Shown here: piece by piece, positions 9,112 through 18,525 of the stretch | Numbering within the stretch: position 1 is the stretch's first letter | Layout: each line of letters opens with the position of its first letter | Virus record (IMG/VR): IMGVR_UViG_3300046467_003052 | Location: 1-42,448 of that record | DNA from: a virus | Lineage: Duplodnaviria; Caudoviricetes | Direction: 5' to 3' (one strand) | DNA length: 42,448 nt | The notes under the pieces: model-generated | The model's input: the letters and a program-made list of their open reading frames with translations, nothing else | What the model was told of the DNA's origin: nothing | The model's database searches: none | Made by a program: the position numbers and the translations under genes

Positions 9112-9237
9112 CAAGGAATTCTAAACTAGTCCCTGTCTTAATTCACGACGATCCTAGGCAGGGCTAACCTTTAGCTTACTCGGAACCAAACAATGAATAA
9201 AAAAATCTAATATAAAAATATAAAGGAAACTTATAGT

Positions 9238-9846
9238 ATGAAAAAACTTATACTAATAACCTTGTCATATCTTTTTTTTATGAGTATGGCATTATCAAGC
9301 CAAGGCAGTTTAATAGAAGATGCTACAAAGCAAATACAGCAACATACAGAACCTAAATTTCGAAATACCTTTATGGTTTTTTCGAAAGAAGAAGTTGAAT
9401 GCCTTGCTTTAAATGTATACCATGAAGCTCGGAACGAAAGTTTATCAGGAAAAATTGCAGTAATTTTAGTCACAATGAATAGAGTTGCAGATGAAAGATT
9501 TCCTGGAAGTATTTGTGAGGTTGTCCGCCAAGGAAAACATTATTTTCATAAGACACTTAAGAAAAGATTTCCTGTTAAAGATATGTGTCAATTTAGTTGG
9601 TATTGTGATGGTTTAACCGATGACCCAAAGAATATCCGAGCATGGGCGTATTCTAATGCATTAATAGAATACTTTCTTAAACGATCTATGTCATTTATAG
9701 ATTTTACAGAAGGTGCTACCCATTATCATGCAGGATATATAGCTCTTCCTAGATGGGCAAAAGATAAAAATTTTATAAAAACAGTAACAATAGATACACA
9801 TTTATTTTATCGATGGAAGGCCAGTAAACTGCTTGCAACACGATAA
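9238..9846 (+). CDS. Cell wall hydrolase (SleB/Hydrolase_2 family) with signal peptide
   Basis: CLALNVYHEARNE, VTMNRV.D.RFP.SICEVV.Q, CQFSWYCDG, GATHYHA, HLFY. Confidence 0.92.
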   Translation: MKKLILITLSYLFFMSMALSSQGSLIEDATKQIQQHTEPKFRNTFMVFSKEEVECLALNVYHEARNESLSGKIAVILVTMNRVADERFPGSICEVVRQGKHYFHKTLKKRFPVKDMCQFSWYCDGLTDDPKNIRAWAYSNALIEYFLKRSMSFIDFTEGATHYHAGYIALPRWAKDKNFIKTVTIDTHLFYRWKASKLLATR

Positions 9847-9854
9847 ATATTTGT

Positions 9855-10529
9855 ATGATTGTATGCGAAGTAACTAAACCTTATGCTTATAAAAAATTAC
9901 GCTCTTATTTGGAAGCAATGGAGCCTGATATTGTTGGGCAACGGCTAGACAAATATAAATTAGTAAGTTTAATAGATAATGCATTAGATATATTACGAGT
10001 AGAAGTTGATTTTGAGAATACATCAAGAGTTCCAAAAGATGAAATAAATATGAATGCTGGTTATTCGCAAGGGATAGATAAATGGAAAGATCCAGATATG
10101 TATCCCACGACATTAACTTTGTTATTCAATGATAAACAACGAACTTATAGTTTTTCTAAAGAAGGATTCGATGAGTTAGTTAATAGAATTAGTGATGCAA
10201 TAGGCCATGAAAGGATTCATCAAGGACAAGCCAGAAAAAGAAAATTACAGCATCCGGGGTCAGAATATACCGGACCAGGAAAAGGTAAAACAGAAAGAGA
10301 TTATTTAGGAAAACCCGACGAAGTAGAAGCTTTCTCGTACAACATAGCAAGTGAGTTATTACGTCGGCATGATAAAGAAACTATCATAAATGCATTTAGA
10401 ATAGGCGATTTAAGTATTCTAAAAGACAGCATAAATTTTATTGCATATCTTGCTAGTTTTGAAGATACAGATAATAAAACTATGCGGAAACTGATTAATA
10501 AAATTTTAAAGTATATAGAACAGTTATAA
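9855..10529 (+). CDS. Hypothetical protein with HExxH zincin-like motif
   Basis: AIGHERIHQGQ followed by YLGKPDEVEAFS. Confidence 0.55.
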   Translation: MIVCEVTKPYAYKKLRSYLEAMEPDIVGQRLDKYKLVSLIDNALDILRVEVDFENTSRVPKDEINMNAGYSQGIDKWKDPDMYPTTLTLLFNDKQRTYSFSKEGFDELVNRISDAIGHERIHQGQARKRKLQHPGSEYTGPGKGKTERDYLGKPDEVEAFSYNIASELLRRHDKETIINAFRIGDLSILKDSINFIAYLASFEDTDNKTMRKLINKILKYIEQL

Positions 10530-10540
10530 AGGATACATGA

Positions 10541-10900
10541 ATGTACGAATACAAAGCACGGCTTGTACGAGTTATAGACGGTGGCACAATTGATGCAGAT
10601 ATTGATATGGGATTTCAAGTTCATATTGGCCAACGCATTAGATTATTTGGGGTAAATGCACCCGATGCTAAATCACGTGATAAAGTTGAACAAGAAAAAG
10701 GCCTAGCATCAAAAAATAGGTTAATCGAAATTTTACCAAAAGAAATAGTAGTACAAACGATGTTAAATAAACGAGGTAAAATAGGTAGAATATTAGGAAT
10801 AGTTCTTGTTAGAGAAGAACACGGCGAACTTACAAACATAAATGACTTAATTATAAAAGAAGGATTTGCTACCCGCTATCCAACAAATGAAGATAAATAA
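10541..10900 (+). CDS. Thermonuclease (SNase)-like protein with degenerate active site
   Basis: MYEYKA..VRVIDGGTIDADIDMGF, RIRLFGVNAPD, GKIGRILG, NDLIIKEGFA. Confidence 0.8.
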   Translation: MYEYKARLVRVIDGGTIDADIDMGFQVHIGQRIRLFGVNAPDAKSRDKVEQEKGLASKNRLIEILPKEIVVQTMLNKRGKIGRILGIVLVREEHGELTNINDLIIKEGFATRYPTNEDK

Positions 10901-10923
10901 TTAAAACACTAGGAGTAATATAA

Positions 10924-11646
10924 ATGTCACAAGAACGATTTACAATAACAACCCCAGCATATGGATCAGATGGATCTTCGACCCAAGGTAAAACAAATGG
11001 GTCCGGCGAAGATCATGTCGGAGCAACATTTTTAAATAATCCATTAACAGTTAATAGTACTACAAATATTTCTAATTCAAATGCTGATGGTGCCGCTACT
11101 CCTAAACTATATGAATATGCTATTACTACAGGAACTATGACTGCTACCAGTACTAATGGAACTGTTGCAAGTGCAGATAGTTCAGCATATGCTTCAGGTA
11201 ACGTAAACACAGATGCTAAAGCAGAAGCAGTAGAACGAAGTAACATGCGTTTTCATAACATGCTTGCTAGATTAGGTGAAACAGAAGAAATTGTACGTTT
11301 TGAAATCGATAGTGAAACCTTACCTGCCGCAACAGGTACTCCTACGGCATCAAGTACATTTACAGTAACATATGCAAAACAACCAACTCATCCAACTGCA
11401 ACTTATACTACCGGAGCATTGGCAGTAAAACGATTAGCCGCCGAAGGAATATCCTTTAATGGTGTTGCAACCACACAAATGAGACATGTTTATTATCCCA
11501 ATAAACTATCAACTGGATCTGTTAATAAAGTTTATACTGCACGAAAAGATATCACAGTACCGATATTAGATACGGATGTAGCCACATTATATGGAAAAAT
11601 GGGCTGTACCGAGACTATCGTAAATGCAACGCATAGTTCACCATAG
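10924..11646 (+). CDS. Hypothetical, probably virion structural protein
   Basis: AGGAG RBS, upstream ATAAATA late-type box, Thr/Ser/Ala-rich composition. Confidence 0.5.
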   Translation: MSQERFTITTPAYGSDGSSTQGKTNGSGEDHVGATFLNNPLTVNSTTNISNSNADGAATPKLYEYAITTGTMTATSTNGTVASADSSAYASGNVNTDAKAEAVERSNMRFHNMLARLGETEEIVRFEIDSETLPAATGTPTASSTFTVTYAKQPTHPTATYTTGALAVKRLAAEGISFNGVATTQMRHVYYPNKLSTGSVNKVYTARKDITVPILDTDVATLYGKMGCTETIVNATHSSP

Positions 11647-11649
11647 TGT

Positions 11650-12438
11650 ATGACAGTACCAAACAAACAAGTTATTAAAAGACAAATACACGAACCATTC
11701 GGATATAGAGTGGGCGTATATGATCTAGATTGTACCCCTTCTACAAATCAATGGTTAATAGAAAAAGCATATATCCTTGATAAATTTTCACGAGAAAATG
11801 CAGGTGTTTTTAAGAAAATACCTGGCGGTGAGACCGGTGTTAGAACAAAATATAATGATAACAATGAATCATTTATAGGAGCTCACACATGGATCATGAA
11901 CAGGTGTCATAATTTTCCAGGATTCCCTCAAGAATTGTTAGGCAAAATAATGACATGTACATATGATTATGCAAAGTATATAGGGGTTAGATTTCCTACC
12001 CCAAGTAATTGTGCATTATATATAGATCGAGGGTGGTCAACAATAACAAAACCCGGCGATGTAATTAAAGGACATAACCATGCAGTTCATACGTTTTCTT
12101 CGGTATATTATCCTAAATTATTACCCAAACAAGGAAATCTTTGGATAGATAGAGGACACAATGACACAACAGACCGTATAATATACAACGCAAACAAAGG
12201 ACCAGCAGACCGTATTCAAATGGAAATAAAAGCAGGACAATTTATAATATTTCCGTCGGCAATCTTACACGGAACAAATAAAAACAAGTCAGAAGAAGAT
12301 AGAATTTCTTATTCATTTGATTTTAATCCTATAGGATATGATTATCACCTACCTCCTCCTAACTTAGTAGATAAAGCATGGGAAGAGTTTAATTCAACTT
12401 TAAAAGATATAGGACTAACGGAGGTATTATCGGAATGA
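11650..12438 (+). CDS. 2OG-Fe(II) oxygenase-like protein, TIGR02466-type
   Basis: GWST.TKPG...HNH..FSSVYYP...IIFPSAILHG..NKSEEDRISYSFD; paralogue of 250..966. Confidence 0.75.
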   Translation: MTVPNKQVIKRQIHEPFGYRVGVYDLDCTPSTNQWLIEKAYILDKFSRENAGVFKKIPGGETGVRTKYNDNNESFIGAHTWIMNRCHNFPGFPQELLGKIMTCTYDYAKYIGVRFPTPSNCALYIDRGWSTITKPGDVIKGHNHAVHTFSSVYYPKLLPKQGNLWIDRGHNDTTDRIIYNANKGPADRIQMEIKAGQFIIFPSAILHGTNKNKSEEDRISYSFDFNPIGYDYHLPPPNLVDKAWEEFNSTLKDIGLTEVLSE

Positions 12439-14000
12439 TTTTTGGTTTGGTTGTGCTATTTACGGCATTATTAATATCAGGGGTAGCCGCTTGGTATTCT
12501 ATTGTTGGATTAATGGCTATTTTTAGTGGAGCCGCTCTTGCTATTGCAATTATGGGCGGAGTATTAGAAGTAGGTAAATTAGTTACAGCAAGTTGGCTTT
12601 ACAACTACTGGAAAGTAGTACCTAAGTTTCTTAAAATATATCTTACAAGTGCAGTTGTAGGTTTAATGTTTATAACTTCTATGGGTATTTTTGGCTTTTT
12701 GTCTAAAGCACATTTAGAACAAACAGCAATGTCCGAAGAACAAATAGCCCAAATATCTGTACACGAAGGAAAACTAGTTAGATCTAACGCAAAACTCCAG
12801 CGATGGAATGATGACATTGGGCGACTTAATAGAGGTGAAAATGTTAGAGTAGATCTTCTTATTAAAACTGAACAAGAACAATTAAACATTATATATGATA
12901 GAATTAAAGATGAAAAAGCACAACTAAAGGTAATAGCCGATGAACAAGTTGTAGTACAGGAAAATAAATTAACAGAATATGCAGAGCGTACTAAAACCGA
13001 TTTGGCGTTATTACAACAACGACCTGATGGAAAAATTGATGAGGAAACAGGCAAAACAGAAAAAGAAATAGCAATAGATAAAGTACGTAAAAGAGACAGA
13101 GGCGTTTCGTGGGTTGCACGAGATAAAATGAGAAAGATAAGTGAGCAATTACGTAAAGACTTTGATAAAATAGGTAACGATTATGCACCCCAAATTGGAA
13201 CTATTAACACACGAATACAAGAATTACGACAGCAAGCACAATTAAAAACAGAAGATCTTGATGCAAAAATTATACAACTTGAAGGGTTTATTGAAAAAGA
13301 ACAAGATATAGTTGATGACATTAGAGAAGATAAGTTAGTATTAGAACAAGCATATAGAGAACTTGAAGTAGAAGTGGGACCAGTAAAATATATTGCAGAA
13401 TTTATATACGGCGATGATGCAGTAGGTATGTTAGATAATGCAGTCAGAGGAGTAATTTTATTGTTAATTTTTGTGTTTGATCCACTTGCAGTATTATTAA
13501 TTATTGCAGGAAATATGACTATACGACAACATATACAGTTAAAACCTTTAAAAATGCGTAATGAGAAAGATGATGATGTTATAGTTGAACAAGAAGATGG
13601 AGCCGATTTGGTAATACCTGCAGATATTAAATCATCTGCACCTAAGCCAGTTGAGGATGTTACTGAACAAAAAGAGGAAAAACGTATTCCCAAAGGAACT
13701 GCTGTACGATCACACGAAGAAGGTATTGCTGGAATAATTCATTCAAAAACAGAACCAGAAGAATTAGACCAAAATATAAAAGAAATATTAGAACAAGCAA
13801 ATCCTGAAGTAAGAGAAGAAGTAGCAAAAGAATTGGAAAAAGATGTAAAAGAAGAATCAGTATCGGTATTGGTCGATAAAACAAATAAAACAATATTAGA
13901 ACCACTAGTAAATAAAGGAAGATCATTATTAAAATCATTAGCATCTGGCAAAAGCAAAAAAGTAAGTTGGATTGATACCCCACATGAACCAAAACACTAA
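12435..14000 (+). CDS. Membrane-anchored coiled-coil phage protein
   Basis: N-terminal TMs (AAWYSIVGL, LEVGKLV, ITSMGIFGFLSKAH), long coiled coil, EVGPVKYIA, IFVFDPLAVLL TM and an acidic tail. Confidence 0.7.
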   Translation: MIFGLVVLFTALLISGVAAWYSIVGLMAIFSGAALAIAIMGGVLEVGKLVTASWLYNYWKVVPKFLKIYLTSAVVGLMFITSMGIFGFLSKAHLEQTAMSEEQIAQISVHEGKLVRSNAKLQRWNDDIGRLNRGENVRVDLLIKTEQEQLNIIYDRIKDEKAQLKVIADEQVVVQENKLTEYAERTKTDLALLQQRPDGKIDEETGKTEKEIAIDKVRKRDRGVSWVARDKMRKISEQLRKDFDKIGNDYAPQIGTINTRIQELRQQAQLKTEDLDAKIIQLEGFIEKEQDIVDDIREDKLVLEQAYRELEVEVGPVKYIAEFIYGDDAVGMLDNAVRGVILLLIFVFDPLAVLLIIAGNMTIRQHIQLKPLKMRNEKDDDVIVEQEDGADLVIPADIKSSAPKPVEDVTEQKEEKRIPKGTAVRSHEEGIAGIIHSKTEPEELDQNIKEILEQANPEVREEVAKELEKDVKEESVSVLVDKTNKTILEPLVNKGRSLLKSLASGKSKKVSWIDTPHEPKH

Positions 14001-15216
14001 ACATTTTATTTGTAGTTTTTGTTATAAAACTAGAGATGAAGTTAAAAAGTTAATTCAAGGCCCCGATAATGATATCTTTATTTGTGATGAATGCATTAAA
14101 CTTTCTTTTAACATTATTCAAGATGAAGAAAGCGAAATTAACGAACATTATGTTTACACCCCAAAAGCAATTTATGACCATTTAACTGAATTTGTTATAG
14201 GTCAAGACGAAGCAAAAAAAGTCCTAGCGGTGGCAGTATATAATCATTATAAGCGAATTAATCATGTAGCAACAGACATAGAATTAGATAAATCTAATGT
14301 ACTGTTATTGGGTCCTTCTGGATCAGGCAAAACATTATTGGCGAGTACAATAGCAAAAATATTAGATGTTCCTTTTGCAATAGCAGATGCAACGACAGTA
14401 ACAGAGGCCGGTTATGTGGGTGATGATGTTGAAAACTTAGTAACCAAATTATTGTCTGCCGCAGAATATGATATAAATCGAGCAGAAAAAGGTATTGTTT
14501 ACATTGACGAAATAGATAAAAAAGGACGAAAATCTGAATCTGCAAGTGTTACTAGAGATGTATCGGGCGAGGGTGTACAGCAAGCATTATTAAAAATGAT
14601 AGAAGGAGCAGAAGTCAGGATACCCCCCGGAGGAGGTAGAAAGCATCCCCAATCAGAAATGGTGGAGATAAACACAAAAGATATATTGTTTATATTGGGC
14701 GGCGCCTTTATAGATTTAGAGAAACATATCAAGAAACGGTTAAACAAAACAAAGTCTATAGGATTTGGAGCAATAATAGATGAAAGACACGATGATACCA
14801 ATTATTTTAATTTAGTAGAACCAGACGATTTAGTTGAATACGGATTAATACCAGAACTTGTTGGTAGAATACCTATACGTGTTGGTCTCAAGGAACTTAC
14901 ACACAATGAGCTTGTAAAAGTATTAACAGAACCCAAAAATAGCATTATAAAACAATTTCAACGAATATTTGAAATGGATAATGTTAAATTAGAATTCACA
15001 GACGGAGCATGTGAAGAAATTGTAAAAATTTGTAGTGATACAAAAGTAGGCGCAAGAGGATTGCGTTCAGTTATAGAAAACACATTATTAAATGTGCAAT
15101 TTAATTTACCAACATATGAAAAGAAAGGCATAGAAAAGGTAGTAATAAATGAAGACACAATCAAGAAACGACAGAAACCGTTCCTCGTTTACGGGAAAAA
15201 ACAACAGAAAAAATAA
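13984..15216 (+). CDS. clpX: ATP-dependent Clp protease ATPase subunit ClpX
   Basis: Zn finger CSFC/CDEC, Walker A GPSGSGKT, GYVG pore loop, Walker B YIDEIDK, RDVSGEGVQQ, RKH, IGF loop, GARGLR. Confidence 0.97.
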   Translation: MNQNTKHFICSFCYKTRDEVKKLIQGPDNDIFICDECIKLSFNIIQDEESEINEHYVYTPKAIYDHLTEFVIGQDEAKKVLAVAVYNHYKRINHVATDIELDKSNVLLLGPSGSGKTLLASTIAKILDVPFAIADATTVTEAGYVGDDVENLVTKLLSAAEYDINRAEKGIVYIDEIDKKGRKSESASVTRDVSGEGVQQALLKMIEGAEVRIPPGGGRKHPQSEMVEINTKDILFILGGAFIDLEKHIKKRLNKTKSIGFGAIIDERHDDTNYFNLVEPDDLVEYGLIPELVGRIPIRVGLKELTHNELVKVLTEPKNSIIKQFQRIFEMDNVKLEFTDGACEEIVKICSDTKVGARGLRSVIENTLLNVQFNLPTYEKKGIEKVVINEDTIKKRQKPFLVYGKKQQKK

Positions 15217-15694
15217 TTATATAAGCCACCCTATGTTAAGGCTTATAGATGAAAATGGCGAACAACTAGGTGTAATGGAAACTAGAAGAGCCATTAGCAT
15301 AGCTCGTGAACGAGAATTAGACGTTGTTGTTATATCTGAAAGTGTGTCCCCTCCGGTGGCCAAAATTGTAGATTTAAATAAATATCATTACAAAGAACAA
15401 CAAAGGAAGAAAGCTCAGGCAAAAAATGCCCGCGCAAGTCGAACCGAATTAAAAGAAATGCAATTTAGACCAACAATTGGTGACCATGATTTTGTGGTTA
15501 AAGCAAACAAAATTAAAAAGTTTTTAGATAAAGGTGATCAGGTAAAAATTGTAATTCGGTTTAAAGGGCGAGAACGACACATATATAAAGAGTCTGGATT
15601 AGAATTATTTGATAAGTTATCAAAAAGTTTAGAAACAGAGTATGTGACTGAGCCTAAATTTGTTGGTTCGAGCATCATAGCAATATTAAAATGA
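15149..15694 (+). CDS. infC: Translation initiation factor IF-3
   Basis: RLIDENGEQLGVM, PPVAKIVD, KEMQFRPTIGDHD, GDQVK.VIRFKGRE; start uncertain because it overlaps the clpX end by 68 nt. Confidence 0.93.
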   Translation: MKTQSRNDRNRSSFTGKNNRKNNYISHPMLRLIDENGEQLGVMETRRAISIARERELDVVVISESVSPPVAKIVDLNKYHYKEQQRKKAQAKNARASRTELKEMQFRPTIGDHDFVVKANKIKKFLDKGDQVKIVIRFKGRERHIYKESGLELFDKLSKSLETEYVTEPKFVGSSIIAILK

Positions 15695-15903
15695 TAACAA
15701 TAGAAGTACGAAACAATAATGCCGATAAAGCAATTAAAATGTTAAAGAAAAAAGTAAACGCAGAAGGTACTTTAAAAGACTGTCGTGATAAACAGTTTTA
15801 TGAAAAACCGACAGATAAAAGACGTAGAAAGAAAGCTCAAGCTATTCGTCGTATTGAGCGAAATATAGAAAAATTATATGACGAAAAAGAAAAAAATTAT
15901 TGA
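15691..15903 (+). CDS. rpsU: 30S ribosomal protein bS21
   Basis: IEVRNNNADKAIKMLKKKV..EG...FYEKPTDKRRRKKAQAIRR. Confidence 0.93.
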   Translation: MITIEVRNNNADKAIKMLKKKVNAEGTLKDCRDKQFYEKPTDKRRRKKAQAIRRIERNIEKLYDEKEKNY

Positions 15904-15939
15904 CATTTATATTATAACCTGTTATAATATATATAAATA
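15900..15939 (+). promoter_or_regulatory. Consensus sigma70 promoter plus late box upstream of hsp20
   Basis: TTGACA (15900-15905), 17 nt, TG-n-TATAAT (15923-15928); TATAAATA 15932-15939. Confidence 0.85.
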
Positions 15940-16008
15940 ATAATGAAGAGAAAGTTAATGCCACATAAGGGTTAACTTCCCTCTGTCTTGCTTATAAAGG
16001 AGAAAATT

Positions 16009-16476
16009 ATGACTAGCAGACATCTCACAACCGCCAATCTAGGCGATTTCATTACATCGTTAACACCATTTACTGTAGGAATGGACAGAATGTTTAGGGA
16101 CTTAGAGCAGTTCTCTAATTCATATGTTGATTCATCTACCGGGTATCCACCCTATAACATCGAGCAAATTGATGAAGGTAAATGGGTAATTTCAATGGCC
16201 ATTGCTGGCTTTGGAGAAGACGATATTACAGTTTCACAAAAAGAACGCAATCTTACAGTTAAAGGTAAAATTGAAAGCAAAGACGACGAGAAGACATGTG
16301 TAGATCATTTTGTCCATCGTGGTATTGCTAATCGTTCTTTTGAAAGAACTTTTCGTTTAGGTGAACATGTACTCGTTAAAGATGCAATTCTTAAAAACGG
16401 CATGTTAACTATAGATTTGGAACAGGAAATTCCAGAGGCAGAAAAGCCTAGGGAAATTCCTATCACGGTTAATTAA
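16009..16476 (+). CDS. Small heat-shock protein Hsp20 (IbpA-like)
   Basis: GYPPYNI, MAIAGF, HRGIANRSFERTF.L, A.LKNGMLTI.L...IPE..KP; AAGGAG RBS before ATG 16009. Confidence 0.95.
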   Translation: MTSRHLTTANLGDFITSLTPFTVGMDRMFRDLEQFSNSYVDSSTGYPPYNIEQIDEGKWVISMAIAGFGEDDITVSQKERNLTVKGKIESKDDEKTCVDHFVHRGIANRSFERTFRLGEHVLVKDAILKNGMLTIDLEQEIPEAEKPREIPITVN

Positions 16477-16486
16477 ATAACATTAT

Positions 16487-16517
16487 GCGGCGCATGATGG
16501 TGCGCCGCCTCTATTTT
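16487..16517 (+). terminator. GC-rich hairpin, probable terminator after hsp20
   Basis: GCGGCGCA-TGATGG-TGCGCCGC followed by CTCTATTTT. Confidence 0.6.
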
Positions 16518-16543
16518 AACTAAATACAGAAAAGGGTTTGCTA

Positions 16544-16852
16544 ATGCCTGAAATTGAAACTATAGTCGAAAAAGATACTAAAACAATTCAAAATGTAAAA
16601 GAACCAGAAAAATATCAAGTTATTTTTGTTAATGATAACTTTACACCAATGGAATTTGTTGTAGAAGCATTAATGGCCATTTTTCATCATTCTAAAGCCG
16701 TCGCGGAAAAAATAATGGTTGATATTCATGAAAAAGGTAAGGGAACTGCCGGGGTATTTTTTTATGAAATTGCAGAACAAAAAGCATTAGAAACCACACA
16801 TCTAGCAAGATCAAAAGGCCATCCATTAAACGTAGAAATTGAGGAATCGTAA
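16544..16852 (+). CDS. clpS: Clp protease adaptor ClpS
   Basis: YQVIFVNDNFTPMEFVV, IHEKGKG.AG, YEIAEQK, GHPL. Confidence 0.95.
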   Translation: MPEIETIVEKDTKTIQNVKEPEKYQVIFVNDNFTPMEFVVEALMAIFHHSKAVAEKIMVDIHEKGKGTAGVFFYEIAEQKALETTHLARSKGHPLNVEIEES

Positions 16853-17414
16853 CATTGTTGTTATAGGTAACGGTATTAGTAGAAAAAACATAGACCTTTG
16901 GCAATTAAAAAAACATTATATAGTGTATGGGTGCAATGCAATATACAGAGAATATCAACCTGATATCTTATTTTGCGTCGACGATAGAATGTGCAATGAA
17001 CTTCATGTAAGTGGATATTCAAAAGTACATACCGTAATTACACCTAATAAATATAGTTGTCCTTCGGCAACACATATTAAAATAAACAGTAATTGGAAAA
17101 AATGGAATTGTGGTGCATTGGCATGTCTTAGTGCCGCAACGCAAGAACCAAAAACAATATATCTTATAGGATTCGACATTGGCGGAGAAGAAGGGTATAG
17201 GAACATGTACGAAGGATCTATCCACTATCCTGGTAGAGGGACCGAACGCCATTTTACAGTGGAATCTGTTACCAAAAAACAACTTCTCTGGACCTTTCAT
17301 TCCTTTTCCGATATCCAATTTAGAAGAATTGGCGGAGTGGGAATACAAGAATTCGATAGATGCAGAAATTATAAACGAATAGAAAAACTGCCATATGAAA
17401 ATAAAAACAATTGA
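16839..17414 (+). CDS. Rossmann-like protein (DUF115/MptE/glycosyltransferase-like)
   Basis: VVIGNGISR, YGCNAIYRE..PD.L..VD, IYLIGFD. Confidence 0.55.
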   Translation: MRNRNIVVIGNGISRKNIDLWQLKKHYIVYGCNAIYREYQPDILFCVDDRMCNELHVSGYSKVHTVITPNKYSCPSATHIKINSNWKKWNCGALACLSAATQEPKTIYLIGFDIGGEEGYRNMYEGSIHYPGRGTERHFTVESVTKKQLLWTFHSFSDIQFRRIGGVGIQEFDRCRNYKRIEKLPYENKNN

Positions 17415-18525
17415 TTACACAAGACATGTTATTGGAGATAATGTTGCATTATCTTTTGATGATTTTTATGAAGATTTAACAGAATTAAGACAAAACTGTC
17501 CTATCCATAGTGTAGATGCAGATTATCCAAAATATGATAATGAATATTTAGAAAATTCTTGTGAATCAGATAAACTAAGATGGGAACTGGATACCAGATT
17601 AGTTTTGGAACAAGAAATGAAAGATAGATTATATCCTCGACTATTGCCTCAAAGCCCCGCCGGTACAGTATCTAAAATTATTTCAAATAATCACGCTTTA
17701 GATATACTTAATCCTATTATTAAAGAAGTATATGATAAAGATGTAACAAATGCAAATTCCCAATGTATTAGTTCTACTTTTTGGGATTACGAAAATCATA
17801 TAGATGCTTGGAATGTATCAAATGATAATGTTATGTCTGCTTATTGGGATGACTGTTTTGAACAAGGCGAAAAATGCCTTGCTAATTCATCTATTGCTGA
17901 TCCTAACCGTTGGGAAGAAGCAAACGCATGGGTTAAGGAACTTAGAGCATGTCCACCAAGAGACCATAGTAGCATTGCATCCATTGAAGAGGCATGGGCC
18001 GAGCGACCAATGTCCTCGGAGGGGTTAAATAAAGATAAATTCTTTTATGAATATTTGCCAAAATCAACAAGATTAAAATTACAAAATCATCCAAATCGAC
18101 CACAATGGTTACCAGAAGGTAGTTTTGTTTGTATTGTCTTTTTAGATTTTAATATGGATCCTACATGGGAAGAGATACCTAACATTGAATTTTGGAAACA
18201 TAAACCAATGGCCCCTTCAGAAGACGGTAAATACAAAATTACAGAAAAAGATTTATTACAAAAAGAAATAATATCTCAGTTATTTTATTATGAAACATGG
18301 CATTATAGTAGAATGACAGAGGCCGTCAAATACATGAAAAATATGCAATTATCTGCCTCTGTGTGGGACAAATATCATTCAGAAGTGGAATATAATTTAA
18401 TTAATTCTATACAGGGTAAAATTAATAATTGTATATTATTTCCTGGAGAATATTTTCACAAAATTGCTTTTCCTAGAGCATACATGGAACAACCAATGAG
18501 AACACAAATAATGGTATTGGAATGA
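17395..18525 (+). CDS. Hypothetical protein with a divergent 2OG-oxygenase-like C-terminus
   Basis: FVCIVFL...IEFWKHK...GKINNCILFPGEYFH...MRTQIM echoes the DUF6445-like genes in this window. Confidence 0.45.
   Translation: MKIKTIDYTRHVIGDNVALSFDDFYEDLTELRQNCPIHSVDADYPKYDNEYLENSCESDKLRWELDTRLVLEQEMKDRLYPRLLPQSPAGTVSKIISNNHALDILNPIIKEVYDKDVTNANSQCISSTFWDYENHIDAWNVSNDNVMSAYWDDCFEQGEKCLANSSIADPNRWEEANAWVKELRACPPRDHSSIASIEEAWAERPMSSEGLNKDKFFYEYLPKSTRLKLQNHPNRPQWLPEGSFVCIVFLDFNMDPTWEEIPNIEFWKHKPMAPSEDGKYKITEKDLLQKEIISQLFYYETWHYSRMTEAVKYMKNMQLSASVWDKYHSEVEYNLINSIQGKINNCILFPGEYFHKIAFPRAYMEQPMRTQIMVLE

Noticed and set aside
8467-16011. Shared AAAGGAGAAAATTATG before ORF 8480 and hsp20
   Set aside because: Adequately explained as an optimal SD, spacer and ATG.
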